Source: Microthyrium microscopicum (lineage: Eukaryota). Taken from it: a DNA stretch of 64,000 bases. The position numbers and the translations under genes are program-made. The notes below the pieces were generated by a model. The model saw only the letters and a list, made by a program, of their open reading frames with translations, was not told the DNA's origin and did no database searches. Of this stretch, positions 50,179 through 61,951 are shown piece by piece (positions within the stretch are counted from its first letter, which is position 1; every line of letters starts with the position of its first letter). The stretch is taken from the NCBI GenBank assembly GCA_010405405.1, contig MU004239.1:682001-746000 (forward strand), read 5' to 3'.

Positions 50179-51900
50179 ATGTTGCGCCACATAGCTCGCC
50201 TCTCTCTGCTAGTAGCGACCCTCGCCCTCGTGGTGTCAGCACGGCCTTCTACTACAATAACCCAACACAACGTGAACACAGCGGAGTCAAATGTCGAAAT
50301 GTTACCTCCAATCCATGGATTTGGTATCGCACGAGATACTTTCAGCAAACGAGATCAGATGTCGAATCCCCAACTCCAAGATTCTATCAATTTCTACTGG
50401 GGACCGTCCATAGAAAACCCGATACTCAACTATACAACTATAGCCAAGGATCAGAATCAACGATATTTAGGTATGGAAAATTTCGCCAACATCATCAGCT
50501 CTGCTAGCTGCGGACCAAGCGATAGAACTCCATACACGGTACAGGCCGTTTCCTTCATTGATCAAACTTGGACTGCAAAATTTTCTGCCCAGAAAGGAAC
50601 TTGGGAAACCGCTGTCCAGGACTGGCTCATTTATGCCAACAGCAGAGGTATCATGGCCAACTCCAATAACTTGCTGTTGGCCAATGCCAACGTCACTGGA
50701 GCTTTACACAAGCGTCTTACTGCTGTCGACAAGAAATTTTCAATCGATCTTACTCAAGACTTTTCCAACAAGAACATCGTTAAAACGACCATTGAAAACA
50801 ATGTTCAGCTCTCTCTTGACTGCGTCACCTGTGGAACCAAAGGTTCACTGGATTTTGAGGTTTCTGCTGGACCAGACATTTTCTTTCCATTTTTCTTTGC
50901 AACCGCCAAATTGACACCCAACAATGTTGAAGCATTCACTACCATCGGCCTCACGGCATCGGGGTCTTTGCAGGATACAAAATCCTTCACTCAGACACTT
51001 CTTGCTGTTCCTCTACCTGGAGGCTTCGGCACAGCTGGTGGTCCACTCTTTATCGGGCCAAGTTTTGATGTTGCCGCAGTTGCTGAGCTCACAAAGCTCT
51101 CAGCGGAAGCCACCATCCAAGCAGGAATAATGATGAGCGTGCCAAATTCTGCCATCGCTCAGCTAGGTGTCAACACCGATACCAAGTTCAGTGGCTGGAC
51201 CCCAACTTTTACTCCCATTCCGCCTTCCATCAGTGGACAACTCGAAGTTGCCTTCGATGTTACTCCAAGGTCAACCATATCGCTGGACGTCCAGATTCCC
51301 GGATTCGGCCTGACTGCCGGACTCGCCCTCAATGCTCCAGAAGTTAAGCTCGACCTCATAGCCCAGGCAAACTCAGCCGGTGGAGTGTGCGGCAATCCCA
51401 ACGCAGACATCGGCGTTAGCGTCGAAATCGATCTGGCAGCCGAACTCGATGCATTTGCTGGCCAAGGCAAAGTTGGTGACCAACCCAACAAAGTCGATCT
51501 CATCTCCACACAAGCTCAGCTCTTCAGTTCGTGCTTCACAGTCGCTGGTGCTTCTTCTACAACCATGGCAGCTCCCCCAACTCAGACGACCGCAACATCA
51601 GGTCCTGTCCAGGTCAACCTGTTCCTAGCGCAAGATTGTTCTGATTCTGCAGCCTTCGCCGTGTCATCTGACGGAAAAGACGCTTCCTGCCATGCCATTA
51701 CTGGTAATCTTGCAGCAGCTGTCAACGGAGTAAGAACCAACACTGCACAGTGTACGATTCTGTTCTTTTCTTCGGGTGATTGCAACCAAAATAGTCAAAT
51801 TGCCAATGTTGTGCCAATGCAAAATCAGTGTGTGGGTCAAGATTCCAGCACGAACAACTTCAGCAAAGCCGTGGCATTCGAATTTGCCTGCGGTGAATGA
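50179..51900 (+). CDS. Secreted Ser/Thr-rich beta-structured protein (DUF7029/DUF7223-like), intronless
   Basis: Signal peptide MLRHIARLSLLVATLALVVSA, Kex2-like KR sites, the LDCVTCGTKGSL motif and a Cys-containing C-terminal domain after a Thr-rich linker. Confidence 0.75.
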   Translation: MLRHIARLSLLVATLALVVSARPSTTITQHNVNTAESNVEMLPPIHGFGIARDTFSKRDQMSNPQLQDSINFYWGPSIENPILNYTTIAKDQNQRYLGMENFANIISSASCGPSDRTPYTVQAVSFIDQTWTAKFSAQKGTWETAVQDWLIYANSRGIMANSNNLLLANANVTGALHKRLTAVDKKFSIDLTQDFSNKNIVKTTIENNVQLSLDCVTCGTKGSLDFEVSAGPDIFFPFFFATAKLTPNNVEAFTTIGLTASGSLQDTKSFTQTLLAVPLPGGFGTAGGPLFIGPSFDVAAVAELTKLSAEATIQAGIMMSVPNSAIAQLGVNTDTKFSGWTPTFTPIPPSISGQLEVAFDVTPRSTISLDVQIPGFGLTAGLALNAPEVKLDLIAQANSAGGVCGNPNADIGVSVEIDLAAELDAFAGQGKVGDQPNKVDLISTQAQLFSSCFTVAGASSTTMAAPPTQTTATSGPVQVNLFLAQDCSDSAAFAVSSDGKDASCHAITGNLAAAVNGVRTNTAQCTILFFSSGDCNQNSQIANVVPMQNQCVGQDSSTNNFSKAVAFEFACGE

Positions 51901-52275
51901 TAATCTCCATTGGTAAGAGTGTATGCTTCAAAGCAAGAAAAGATGCGAACATTAGCATTTGAGGACCTGAGCGTTTGATATCTTCTTGGCATTAGCAGGA
52001 GTCTTTAGGATTGGATTTGTACTTGCTTTGGATTCATTGTGCCTTTTTCGGCTTTTTTTTTCGTTTTTGTCTTTTATAGACTGTAGATATAGATACTAGA
52101 ATAGATCACACGAATGTTGATCCATCAACGGCTTCTCGCTTGTACTAAGAGCAGTTTCATTAATCAATAAGGGTTACGGAAGGGTGTTTGATTGGGCTTC
52201 AAGCAAAATAATCTAGAAATGTCCAGTCCTAATCAATACTGCTCTGCTTGGTCCCCTAACTCAAGCGTAGATATA

Positions 52276-54131
52276 CTAACCACTTTTGAGGTGCGAAGAC
52301 ATCTCGGCCTGCCATATTTCATCTTCTTGACGGCCCGTGATCAAGTCCATGTCAGCAGCTTTGACTCGTTTAGTGCGCTTGTAGAGTTTCCACCAGGCGC
52401 AATTGAGGCCAAACAGCACAGGACCTAGATATTTGAGAACGAAAGTTCGAGCAACAAAGCCTTTACCAACGAACGCATCATAACCTGTGTTTATGCATTA
52501 GTAAAGAACTTTGGGAAGTCGCGACTGGAGCCTTTACTAACCGTTGAATATCAAAACCAGAAACGCAATGAACAAAGCGTAATATGAGCCCCATGGCTGC
52601 ATCCAACTCGTGTATGGCAGTGCTTTGAGAGGGATACCCTGGACCACAAGAGCTCGACGGAACGACAAGTGCGACAGAAGAATTGCCATCCAGTTCAGGA
52701 CGGAGAAAGGCGTGACGAGACTGACAAAGTATCCGAACACTGTTGATGCAGACTTCGACGAGTTCAAGAAGCCCAATGCCATAAAAACGGATGCTGTTGC
52801 GACTGCGAAAACAGGACTGCCATTTTTCAGGGTTCTTCCTGTTATTTCAGGTGCTTGGCCATCTCTAGCCAATCCGTAGAGTGACCGTGAAGCACAGTAA
52901 ATATCTAGAAGTCGTCAAATTCGGTCCAGAAACTTCATAAGTATGCTTACCTGAGCTTGCGGCACTGAGTGTGAAAATCAGTAATCCGGCATTGATGACG
53001 CCTGGCATCGTGTGTATCCCCGCAAGCAGAATTGCGACTACGAATGGCGATGCAGCTTGATACTGTCAGCAGAATATCGTTATTTATGTATGGTCTTTAC
53101 TTACCAGCACTTGTGGACTTGGAAGTGGCTTTGACCAATTCCTTGCTGTTATATGGTACTGTCATACCAACAACCACTATAGCAAGGACGTAGAACACCG
53201 TAATCCGCCAAAAGGTTTGCCGAATTGCTCGAGGCACGTTCTTTCGAGGATTTGGAGTTTCACCAAATGTCATGCCAACAACCTCTGTGCCGGTGTAAGA
53301 AAAGCATGCTTGGCACATGCATGCCCACCATCCAAGAAATCGACCCTTTGGTCCTTTGAGAATATATTCCGCAAAGGCTCCGGGCTCGTTCCAGTAGCCA
53401 AATCCAGTTCTCTGATGATGTGGATTGCCGCCCATGGAAATGATAAAGCAAGTCAGGATAAGAGTGACAAGGACAACGACCTTGACAACGCTTGCGCAGA
53501 ACTCAACTTCGCCAATCCATCGTACGTTGAGACACTAAATTAGATTCAATATCTTTAAAACCAAAAGATTAGTAGGAAAAATTGTCTTACATTAATGAAA
53601 ATTGCCATGATCGCAAAAACCGCCACCCAAATGCCTACATTCAAATCAGGCCGCCAGTACTGTATGATCAATCCGGCTGCAGTGAGATTGGTTGGTGCTG
53701 CGATGATATACTTGAAGAAATAGTTCCAGCCCGTAGCAAATCTAAAGACATAGTCAGCAATAACTCAGCAAGTTTGGACCCAATGTATCAAACCCAAAAG
53801 CAGGATCCACCATGCGAGATGCATAACCACCAAAACCCTTGTTCATAGGAAGAAAGGCAGCCATTTCTCCTAGAGCCGTCATGACGAAGAAAACGGCAAT
53901 ACCAATAGCGATGTAAGCAATCAAAAGGCTGCCTGGCCCTCCAGCTGCTAGAGCACTTCCCGATCCAATGATTAATCCGGTTCCAATCGCGCAAGCAATA
54001 GAAAACATGAAAACTTGACGCGGCTTGAAGTCACGATGTAGCTCATCAGATGTGGCTTCCTCGTGAGACTCAACCATGGTAACCGGGGACTGATGAGCCT
54101 CTTTATGGCCCATATCGTTGGAATCGGACAT
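52276..54131 (-). CDS. Amino acid permease (APC/YAT family; Dip5/Put4-like), multi-exon
   Basis: RQVFMFSIACAIGTGL, ALGEMAAFLP, GFGYWNEPGAF, YTGTEVVG...GETPNPRKNVPRAI, SRSLYGLARDGQAP and MDLITGR. The 3' end is approximate. Confidence 0.93.
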
Positions 54132-55746
54132 CTTTAGGCGACAAGTTTGGTTGAATATGTTGAGCTTGTCTGTCCTCTCTGTTGTTGTGAGGGGAAATGG
54201 AGAGTTAGACAGTAGAGAGATGGCTGCGACGCGATGATGAAAGACATTTGGATACCAGACTGAAAAGCTTATCTTCGCGCCTCACTGTCACTGCCTCATT
54301 AAGAATTTGAGACGATGTCGCCTGACATGGATGTTACGCCCTGTGGGTGGGAAGGTGTGATGTGAAGGGTTTCTCAATTGCTCCTGCCGCCCTGGTTAGC
54401 TTTCACCCGCGATGCATGAAAACAAGACTGCTTGGAAGTAGCCTCCATTACTTGACGGAATATGTGAAATACAGTATGCGAGTCAAGTTTGAACGCCCAA
54501 TTGCAGCGATTACCGAGGCCACCCGGGGCGATCGCCATTGTGCGACCTTCATGCCCAATTAGAGGTCATCTATCCTTGGCCATAGCATATCTTCACTAAT
54601 TCCCTTTCGTGGTGTTGAGGTTGCCGCTATCGTCAAAAGGTATCCAGTGTTCGCCATTTGGGAAACTGTATTGAAGGTTTCTTTGACTTATTTTACCAGT
54701 CTCTACACTGGAAGCTGCTGGATTGACTGATTTCAAGCACATTGGTTGGATCTCGATTCATCTAATAGACTGATTTACAATCGGTCAACAAACAATTATT
54801 GTATGATACATCTGTGCTCTTACCGATTGAACAAGATACAGAGAGATCAGATTCTAGTCAAATCACAATATTGCTTCGAAACAAATATAAGTCGAAGTGA
54901 AAAGTCTACTCTACGCCTTGCTCGCAACACATTAAAGCACATTTGCTTGGCTGCAGACTTTGCACTTTTTTTGCATGAGATCTAGCTAATGAGATCTAGC
55001 TACTACCACTCTGCTCATTGTGCTTATGATAATCAACGCTAGTCTTTTTGTCGTTGCTATTGGTCTTGCCATCAAGTCCAACGCAGTTCTCTCGCTCCTC
55101 TGGCCATTCACTATTCGGGTCATAGTATACTGGACAATCATTAGCTAGGTACTCTATGAGCTGATGGGTGAACCCCAACCTCTCATTTCCAGCGAACCAA
55201 ATGGTCATCAGCAGCATGAACATGACGCAAAGAAAAATCAAGCAAATTCTTTATACCGACTTTTAGCAATATTTCTGATCGAACACAAGACTCGCTTACC
55301 TGACTCTGCAAATCCAGTAACAAATGTCACACTTCCGTTGAATACTTCAGTCTAGTGACTGAATAAGTTCTTACAGTAGGACGATGCGAGTCCAGTGGGG
55401 GTCTTCTTGGCCCATTACGCCATAGATCCAGAATGGATCGTACTGCAGTCATGAAGTACGCACAGCAAGTAACTTCCTCGAATGTCTCCTTTCCAGCCGT
55501 TGATGAGATTCCAAAGATGGACGACAAGATATGAGTGATATCATTCGAGGCAAGCACTCTCCCAGATATATCTCTAAGCTTTGCTAACAATCCAGTCTGC
55601 TTTAGAAGGCAAGCACTTGGTCTTCCATAGGTTCAGCAATCATCAACTACTCTATAACCATTTCTCACATCACAATGGCAGGATTTCTTGTCCAATACGT
55701 CGAAACCCGAATTCATGACAACCTAAGGGCTTGCAATTGCTAAAAA

Positions 55747-56661
55747 TTAGGCCCGCCTAGGCCATCTGTTGAGATCTGAGAGGAATTGGATGACCATATC
55801 GTAAGCCTTGTCCCTGACTTTCGCGTCAATTGAATCTTCATCCTTCGTTTTGTCCCAGCCATGACCAACGCCATTGAATCTCTCAGAAACTACTCTTTTA
55901 CCCGCCTTGCGCAGCTTCGACGCAAGTTCTTCACCTTCAAACGCCAGAACATCTTTCTCAGCTGTCGCAATGAAGATATCCTTTGGGAAATTACTAGGAT
56001 GAGCATTCAATACTGAAAGACGTGGATCCGCAAGATCCGTTCCAGGAAGCGTATAAGCGGCTCTAGACGCGTTTGATATGGGAGGCGGGATTTGTGCAGT
56101 TGAACCGTCCGGTGCCGTCTTCTCCAGCTGAGAAATTGTGATCTTGGTCGGCAGATAGAACGCACATACTGGCCGAATAGTGTCTTTAGGGGTTGTGGTG
56201 ATGTCTGGATTTGAAGCAGCTGCCACAGCGAGATTGGCTCCGGAACTAAAGCCAGAGAGGACTATGTTCTGGACATCATATTCCTCAGGTTGCAGGAGTA
56301 CATGTTGAATCATATCCTCCACATCTTCCAGACCCGCTGGGAAAGGATACTCTGGGGCCAACGCATAACTAGCGTCCAGTACAGTGTAGATTGTCTGATC
56401 AGCAATTCGACGACAGAACAGATCATCCGATCCATGGCCTGTGAGAACAAAGCCGCCCCCGTAGAAGTTCAGAACTACTGCTTTGGGGCTAGAACTCCAT
56501 TTCGACCGATATACGTTGACTTTGATATTTCTAGAGCCATCGCGAGATCTGAAGCTGTAAGAGTCATCTGGCTTCGGTGGGGTTGCGCTCCAATTTACGA
56601 GGAGTCGGATTGTCGTAAAAATCGTTTTTAGTCGAGCGTACTCCAGAAATGAATGTGCCAT
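55747..56661 (-). CDS. Alpha/beta hydrolase, HSL/GDXG esterase-lipase family
   Basis: NFYGGGF (HGGG-like), YALAPEYPFPAGLED, GFSSGANLA, EKDVL and GVGHGWD. Confidence 0.9.
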   Translation of the reverse strand: MAHSFLEYARLKTIFTTIRLLVNWSATPPKPDDSYSFRSRDGSRNIKVNVYRSKWSSSPKAVVLNFYGGGFVLTGHGSDDLFCRRIADQTIYTVLDASYALAPEYPFPAGLEDVEDMIQHVLLQPEEYDVQNIVLSGFSSGANLAVAAASNPDITTTPKDTIRPVCAFYLPTKITISQLEKTAPDGSTAQIPPPISNASRAAYTLPGTDLADPRLSVLNAHPSNFPKDIFIATAEKDVLAFEGEELASKLRKAGKRVVSERFNGVGHGWDKTKDEDSIDAKVRDKAYDMVIQFLSDLNRWPRRA

Positions 56662-57030
56662 TGTTCGTAATTGAGTGTCGAGGTGGTGATGTTCAGACTG
56701 ACAAGTCCGGAGGGCTGTGCCGTACTAAATTGTAATGACATCCTTTGGGATTTCGCCCTCAACTACCTTGAAAATATCCCTGTTTATTATCGCTTCGCAT
56801 AAGTATCCCTATTACTTCGCGATACAAAATAACAGAATCCCTTCCCATCGTATGAGCGTACTTGTAACCCTTCTTGTCTTCTATACATTACCTATAATTT
56901 ACATATGATTCCAGGAGTACTCTAATACGTCCACTGAAACTGTATCGATTTTCTTCCGTACCTTTCTGTTTCAATATATATGCCCTTCCACTCTCCAGTA
57001 CATACACATCATTGATTCAGCACTTCTAAT

Positions 57031-58701
57031 ATGGTCACAAGTCCGGAATTCCTCGTTGCCGTTGGCGAGCCTGACAAGGTGCGCAGACTCCTTGAAGATG
57101 GCTTATCACCAGCGCCAGAGGCCTTATACGCATGTATCGTTGATGAGGATGAAAAATCCGACATGTCACTACAACTGATGCTTGAGAGTGGTCTTAGCGC
57201 GGACGCCAGACCAGACTACGCGGACGGTACCAATTCATTGGGCGTAAAGCATGACTGGGCCATGGGAGACTGGTCTACTTTGCGAAGGTTCGTACCGTTT
57301 CGTCGAGAATGGAATGGTCTTTATCGAGCCTCGACTATCTCTGGCGTCAAGTCCCGTGTACAAAAGCTTCAAACGATTTTCCTAGCTCACGGAGCCGATC
57401 CATACGCGCTGTTCCGCCAGCCATTACAACAAACACAGCAGCATTCCGGCTTTCCAGACTTTTATACTAGCTATGACTTGGACGATGTTGATGCTCTTGA
57501 GCAGATGGATCTTGAAGTGTATTTTGATCAACAAGATGACTTCGAGACAATCAGATATAATCCGCACTATCTAAATCGAGACCGTGCAATCAAAGCCAAC
57601 AACAATGAATCTGATGGGGAAGAACTCTACTTTGAGATTCTTCCGGATCCTACATCAGTTTTCAAGCATTACGGCGTACGTAGCGTTATCCACGCGCTAC
57701 TTGAAGAAGGTGCATACGTAAAGCCAATTTTGGAACTGCCTGGTATCGATCTAGAACATCGAGACCCTCAAGGAAGGACTTTGCTTCTCTCAGCGTCTAG
57801 AAGTGCTATGGGTACTGATGCTTCTGTTGATGCCCGAATTGCAGAAGTGAGGGCAATATCTAGGGGTTATGCGCGGCAGAACCCTTTGCTAGCAGGAACC
57901 CAGACAACATCCTCTCTGGCACAGTACCTTATTGATAAAGGCGCCGATCCCTTTGCCGTTGACAACTACGGCAAGAATTGCTTGTTCGGCCTGCTGGAAG
58001 CCTACGATAACGAATATTCCGGTGCGCCGCCTATTGCAGATCAATCTCTTCGGTACCTTTCGAAACTTCACCCGGAGCTTGTGAATCAACCCGATAACGC
58101 AGGGAATTACCCTTTACACGCAGCACTACGGCGTCGTCTACTGTACTATCACGGTAACTCATCTCAACAGCCTAAGCAGCTCGAAACATCTGTTTTCGAT
58201 TTGCTGGAGGCTGGAGCCGATCCGCATACCCTAGATGAGCTCGGAAACAGCGTATTTCATTACCTAGCCGACAATGGTCTAGCTGATCCCACACGAGAAA
58301 GAGAACAAAGAAGGTTGTTTGAGGAATTTGCAAAGCAAGGAGTGGATCTGAACCTCCGCAACAAATCAGGATATACAGCATTGCAGTTGCTGATGAAAAG
58401 TCAAGACGATCGAGACTGCGGAGCTGCTGTATGGACTAATGGCAAAACGCCCGTAGAAATAATCCGGCTGTTCGAAAATGCAGGAGCTCGCCTAGATGAT
58501 ATTGGACCAGATGGTCAGACTTTGCTCCATTTGTTGAGTCTAGGAACGGAAGATAAGGCTTGGGGTATGGCGAGGTATCTCTTAGGCATGGGGCATGATC
58601 CTCTTATCAAAGATGGGAACGGAGAGACAGCAGTGGATGTTGTACGCCGTATTCAAGTCAAATCTCTCATAGAGGTCTTCACGACTTTTGGATACAAGTA
58701 A
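57031..58701 (+). CDS. Ankyrin repeat protein
   Basis: 556-aa ORF with repeated D..GRTLLL, GADPFAVDNYGKN, GNYPLHAAL, GYTALQLL, GQTLLHLL and GETAVD motifs. Confidence 0.85.
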   Translation: MVTSPEFLVAVGEPDKVRRLLEDGLSPAPEALYACIVDEDEKSDMSLQLMLESGLSADARPDYADGTNSLGVKHDWAMGDWSTLRRFVPFRREWNGLYRASTISGVKSRVQKLQTIFLAHGADPYALFRQPLQQTQQHSGFPDFYTSYDLDDVDALEQMDLEVYFDQQDDFETIRYNPHYLNRDRAIKANNNESDGEELYFEILPDPTSVFKHYGVRSVIHALLEEGAYVKPILELPGIDLEHRDPQGRTLLLSASRSAMGTDASVDARIAEVRAISRGYARQNPLLAGTQTTSSLAQYLIDKGADPFAVDNYGKNCLFGLLEAYDNEYSGAPPIADQSLRYLSKLHPELVNQPDNAGNYPLHAALRRRLLYYHGNSSQQPKQLETSVFDLLEAGADPHTLDELGNSVFHYLADNGLADPTREREQRRLFEEFAKQGVDLNLRNKSGYTALQLLMKSQDDRDCGAAVWTNGKTPVEIIRLFENAGARLDDIGPDGQTLLHLLSLGTEDKAWGMARYLLGMGHDPLIKDGNGETAVDVVRRIQVKSLIEVFTTFGYK

Positions 58702-58882
58702 TATTTCCAAGATTTGGACTGTGTAATGGCCCTGCATGCTGCTAGAGAATGTTAGCATGTTTATAGGGAAACGAGAAACAATACTGATGTTTAACGAGGA
58801 AGATTATTATTGTTGTAATCTATACGTTCAAACAACGCTTATGCATATGGGGGGTATCATAAATCAATCAGCAAAATGTCCA

Positions 58883-59641
58883 TTACTCCTGCGAGAGCTT
58901 GGCCAACTGAGCAATCACCTCATCCACCTTTCCTCGCAAAACCTCCAGTTCTTGACTTTTCATTTTGCTTAGAACAAAATCAGAAACCGCGTTCTGGTCT
59001 CGACTATTCGGTCGTCCAACTCCTATGCATATCCTCCAAAACTCCTTTCCGGGAAGCTGCTGTTGTATGGACTTGATCCCATTATGGCCTTGTGCGCTAG
59101 TTTTTCCCGCCCGTACTCGGACACTCCCCAAATCTCGTTCCAAATCGTCGTGTAGTATGACCAGTTGAGCATCCGCATTCTCCTTTTTGATGAGTTTGGC
59201 GACAGCTGGTCCGGACACGTTCATGTATGAGGATGTTTTTCGTATAGACCAGTTGCTCGGAAGCTCTAATGATCGTTGTGAGAGCATGCTGCCCATTATA
59301 TGACCCGCATTGTGCCGTGTGAGGGAGTAGTTCCCGCCTGGATTGCCCAAGGATATGATGAGAAGTGGTTTTGTTGCTTGGCCAAGAGCCCGAGCTGCTA
59401 GGCTCATATCTTGAAGGGAGGCTTCGATGCTAGCGTCGGAGTCTTGAATTGATTCATCTATGAGGTCATCGGCCAGCATAGGATTGCGTCGTCGACGTTT
59501 TCGTTTTGAAGGTGGAGAGATCGCGTCTTGATGTTGTGTCGCGACTGAAAAATCGGTGTCGCATGCGGATCCCTTTTCAGGCTTAGGCTCCAAATCCATG
59601 ACCATAGATAAATTGCTGGATTTCAATGTTTGCTTGGCCAT
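58883..59641 (-). CDS. PTH1: Peptidyl-tRNA hydrolase (Pth1 family)
   Basis: LIISLGNPG..Y..TRHNAGH, YMNVSG, LVILHDDLE, SAQGHNGIKSI, RICIGVGRP and VSDFVL. Confidence 0.9.
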   Translation of the reverse strand: MAKQTLKSSNLSMVMDLEPKPEKGSACDTDFSVATQHQDAISPPSKRKRRRRNPMLADDLIDESIQDSDASIEASLQDMSLAARALGQATKPLLIISLGNPGGNYSLTRHNAGHIMGSMLSQRSLELPSNWSIRKTSSYMNVSGPAVAKLIKKENADAQLVILHDDLERDLGSVRVRAGKTSAQGHNGIKSIQQQLPGKEFWRICIGVGRPNSRDQNAVSDFVLSKMKSQELEVLRGKVDEVIAQLAKLSQE

Positions 59642-59800
59642 TGTACTTGTGTGATATGGGAAGAATTTTTATATGCAAGAAAAACTATCTGAAAGAGCGA
59701 CTAATAGTGATTTTAAGTTCTTTGTCAGATTTTCGTGGGAGACAATGGGTTTTCACTGCGACGTCTACCATGGTTCAGACGAGGCTTTGTCACCATCTAG

Positions 59801-60523
59801 TTATCTCAGTGGACTCAGCCCGCGCTAAGTCTCCGCTAGCTGCGACGTAGTCGCGTCTAAGGACAACTAGAAAAATTAACTAGCAACTCGCTTCGTAATT
59901 TTGACATTTCTATAAATAACTTAGCACTACTATGGTTATAGCTTTATAGATTAGAATCTAAACTATGTAAACCTAAAGCTAAAGACTAGCTTTTTAATAT
60001 ATCTTTTCTATAAAAATTAGGCCTAAAACCACTAAATTAAACTATTCTTTCTAAGGTATATAAAAAGTTTACTCGCTTCGTCTTACTATAAAGTAACCTT
60101 TAATAAGAGATAATATAATAATAAGTAGACTATACTTCTTTATAAGATATTCTTTTAAAAGAGAAAACTCTAAGTTATATATCTATAATAGGTTTTAGAA
60201 AGAAATCTTATTTTAAAAGAGTAATTATAGTTTAAAAATTTAGATTAGACTAAGAAAGATAAAGTTTAACGTTAAATTTCTTAATAACGAAAGGTATTAG
60301 ATAAGCTAAAAAATATACATTATAAAGGCTAAATTTTAAGCTTCATAGAGAACTAAAAACGAACGCATAAAAGTATATATTAATAACGTAGGTCTAAGTT
60401 AAAGTTTAGCTAAAATGCTTCCTATTATAAAATGTGTCGCTACTAAAAAGTCCAAGTTGTCCTCAGACCCTCCTGCGGAGGAGAGCCTACGAGCAGGCAG
60501 GATAGTTTGATTGGCTAAGATAA
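59801..60523. mobile_element. AT-rich RIP-like non-autonomous element with 8-bp flanking direct repeat CCATCTAG
   Basis: CCATCTAG at 59793-59800 and 60524-60531. Short termini TTATCTCAG / CTAAGATAA. Inner inverted repeat GTCT(A/G)AGGACAACT at ~59855 and ~60468 bounds a strongly TpA-rich core. Confidence 0.75.
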
Positions 60524-60865
60524 CCATCTAGGGGGCTGAGCCATCATAGATTTGACTCATCCTTCTTGACTGCGGTGACCATTCTGGGAACTTCTATCTT
60601 CCTCCTCGATAGGAACCAAGTCCGTCTATCCCGCAGGACTCTCCATCACCGAGAATCGAAAAATTCGACATAAAAGCCCTGGTCTCACGCTCTTAGAAGT
60701 ACATGGTGTTCCAGCAGTCAACATGATCACTTGGGGCATTGTCACATTGCTAACATACTCCTACTCGACCTGGAGTATACCTCGGAGAGAAATTCAATAA
60801 TAAGACTTTAATAATGCAACCTATTCGGCTTTTAGAGAGTTTCACACGCCAGACCTATGGCTATA

Positions 60866-61742
60866 TTATGCCCCTTCCACATCTGCCTTAGTGCGACTGG
60901 AGAAGAACCGATCATGGATTTTCGTCTGGTACTCCAAAAGCACTGGAAATCCCTTCACGACCTCTTGAGATACTGGTGCCCTGACTGCACATCAGCACTT
61001 ATCCTCAGAGTAGCTCGCCATCAACTTACGCCGTGCAGACCAAAACAGATGTAATGAAGCCAAAGACTACCATATCTGCCTGCGTTGGCTTGTCCTTGCC
61101 GAGAAGCCAGAACAGCCCATCAGAGTTGGAAGAGGCCTTCTTGGATTCACTCAACAAATCACTAATGCTTTGCCATATTTCACGCCGGAAGATAGCAATT
61201 TCCTCGTCAGTGAAACGACCGGTACCCTGGCCATAAAGTGTTTTCTGGTGCGTCTCTTTGGCTCTTGATCCAACTTTGCCTCGAGCAGCCTCCGGAACAG
61301 CCTTTGGGATATGTTCTCTCATCGCATCGTGATCGTCAATCCACCGTTCACGAGTCTGAAATTATCAGCGGTAAGTCTCAGGTCAACAGGTTTGGCATTA
61401 ATTACATGATAGAAATACAGCTTGTCTTCCATCAAGGCTTTCGGAGCCAAATCATATACGCGCTCACTTGTAGACAGTCTGGCATCGTCATTGAGATTTG
61501 GCAAAAGCTCCTTGATGATTGAGGTCGAGTCGGAAAATGTTTTGGGGTTTCCCTGGCCAGAGATAACGAGGTATATAGGGAAGCTTTCCTTTCGGGCTAT
61601 CTACCAGTGAGCCATGCTTAGCCTCCTACCCGATTCCAGCATATCGCATCGCCAGCTCTAGCTTGGTAACGTATGGACTCCAGTCATATTTGTTTTCATC
61701 ACCTTCGAAACCACTTCCATACGGAGTGTAAAAATGCGCCAT
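60866..61742 (-). pseudogene. Glutathione S-transferase / metaxin-FAX-like gene with premature stop and frameshift
   Basis: WSPYVTKLE..MRYAGIG*(TAG 61628-61626)EAKHGSLVDSPKGKLPYI, then a frameshift to ...DSTSIIKEL...ALMEDKLYFY|TRERW...LYGQGTGR...PTQAD.VVFGFI|...IHDRFF. Confidence 0.8.
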
Positions 61743-61951
61743 ATTAGGAAAAATAAAATCTTGCTATCAATGCGGTCAACAAAGAACAGTTCACGATGGA
61801 GTCTGGTAGGCCTGATATTCCTGCTGAGCTATGACCAAGTGATGGGCAGCAGTGACGTTCGTGGCTGTGCCAACTCCTGAATGAGGCGAAGCACTAGCGA
61901 GCTACTTGCAAGTAAGGAAACGATAGACTGATTTGAAAGACGAATTGTGTA

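Noticed and set aside
54996..55720. Possible small membrane-protein gene or relic on the minus strand
   Set aside because: Fragmented frames with stops, no consistent exon model and no recognisable motif.
61626..61628. A-to-I-editable premature stop (UAG to UGG)
   Set aside because: The expected residue is Tyr rather than Trp, and a nearby frameshift would still break the gene.
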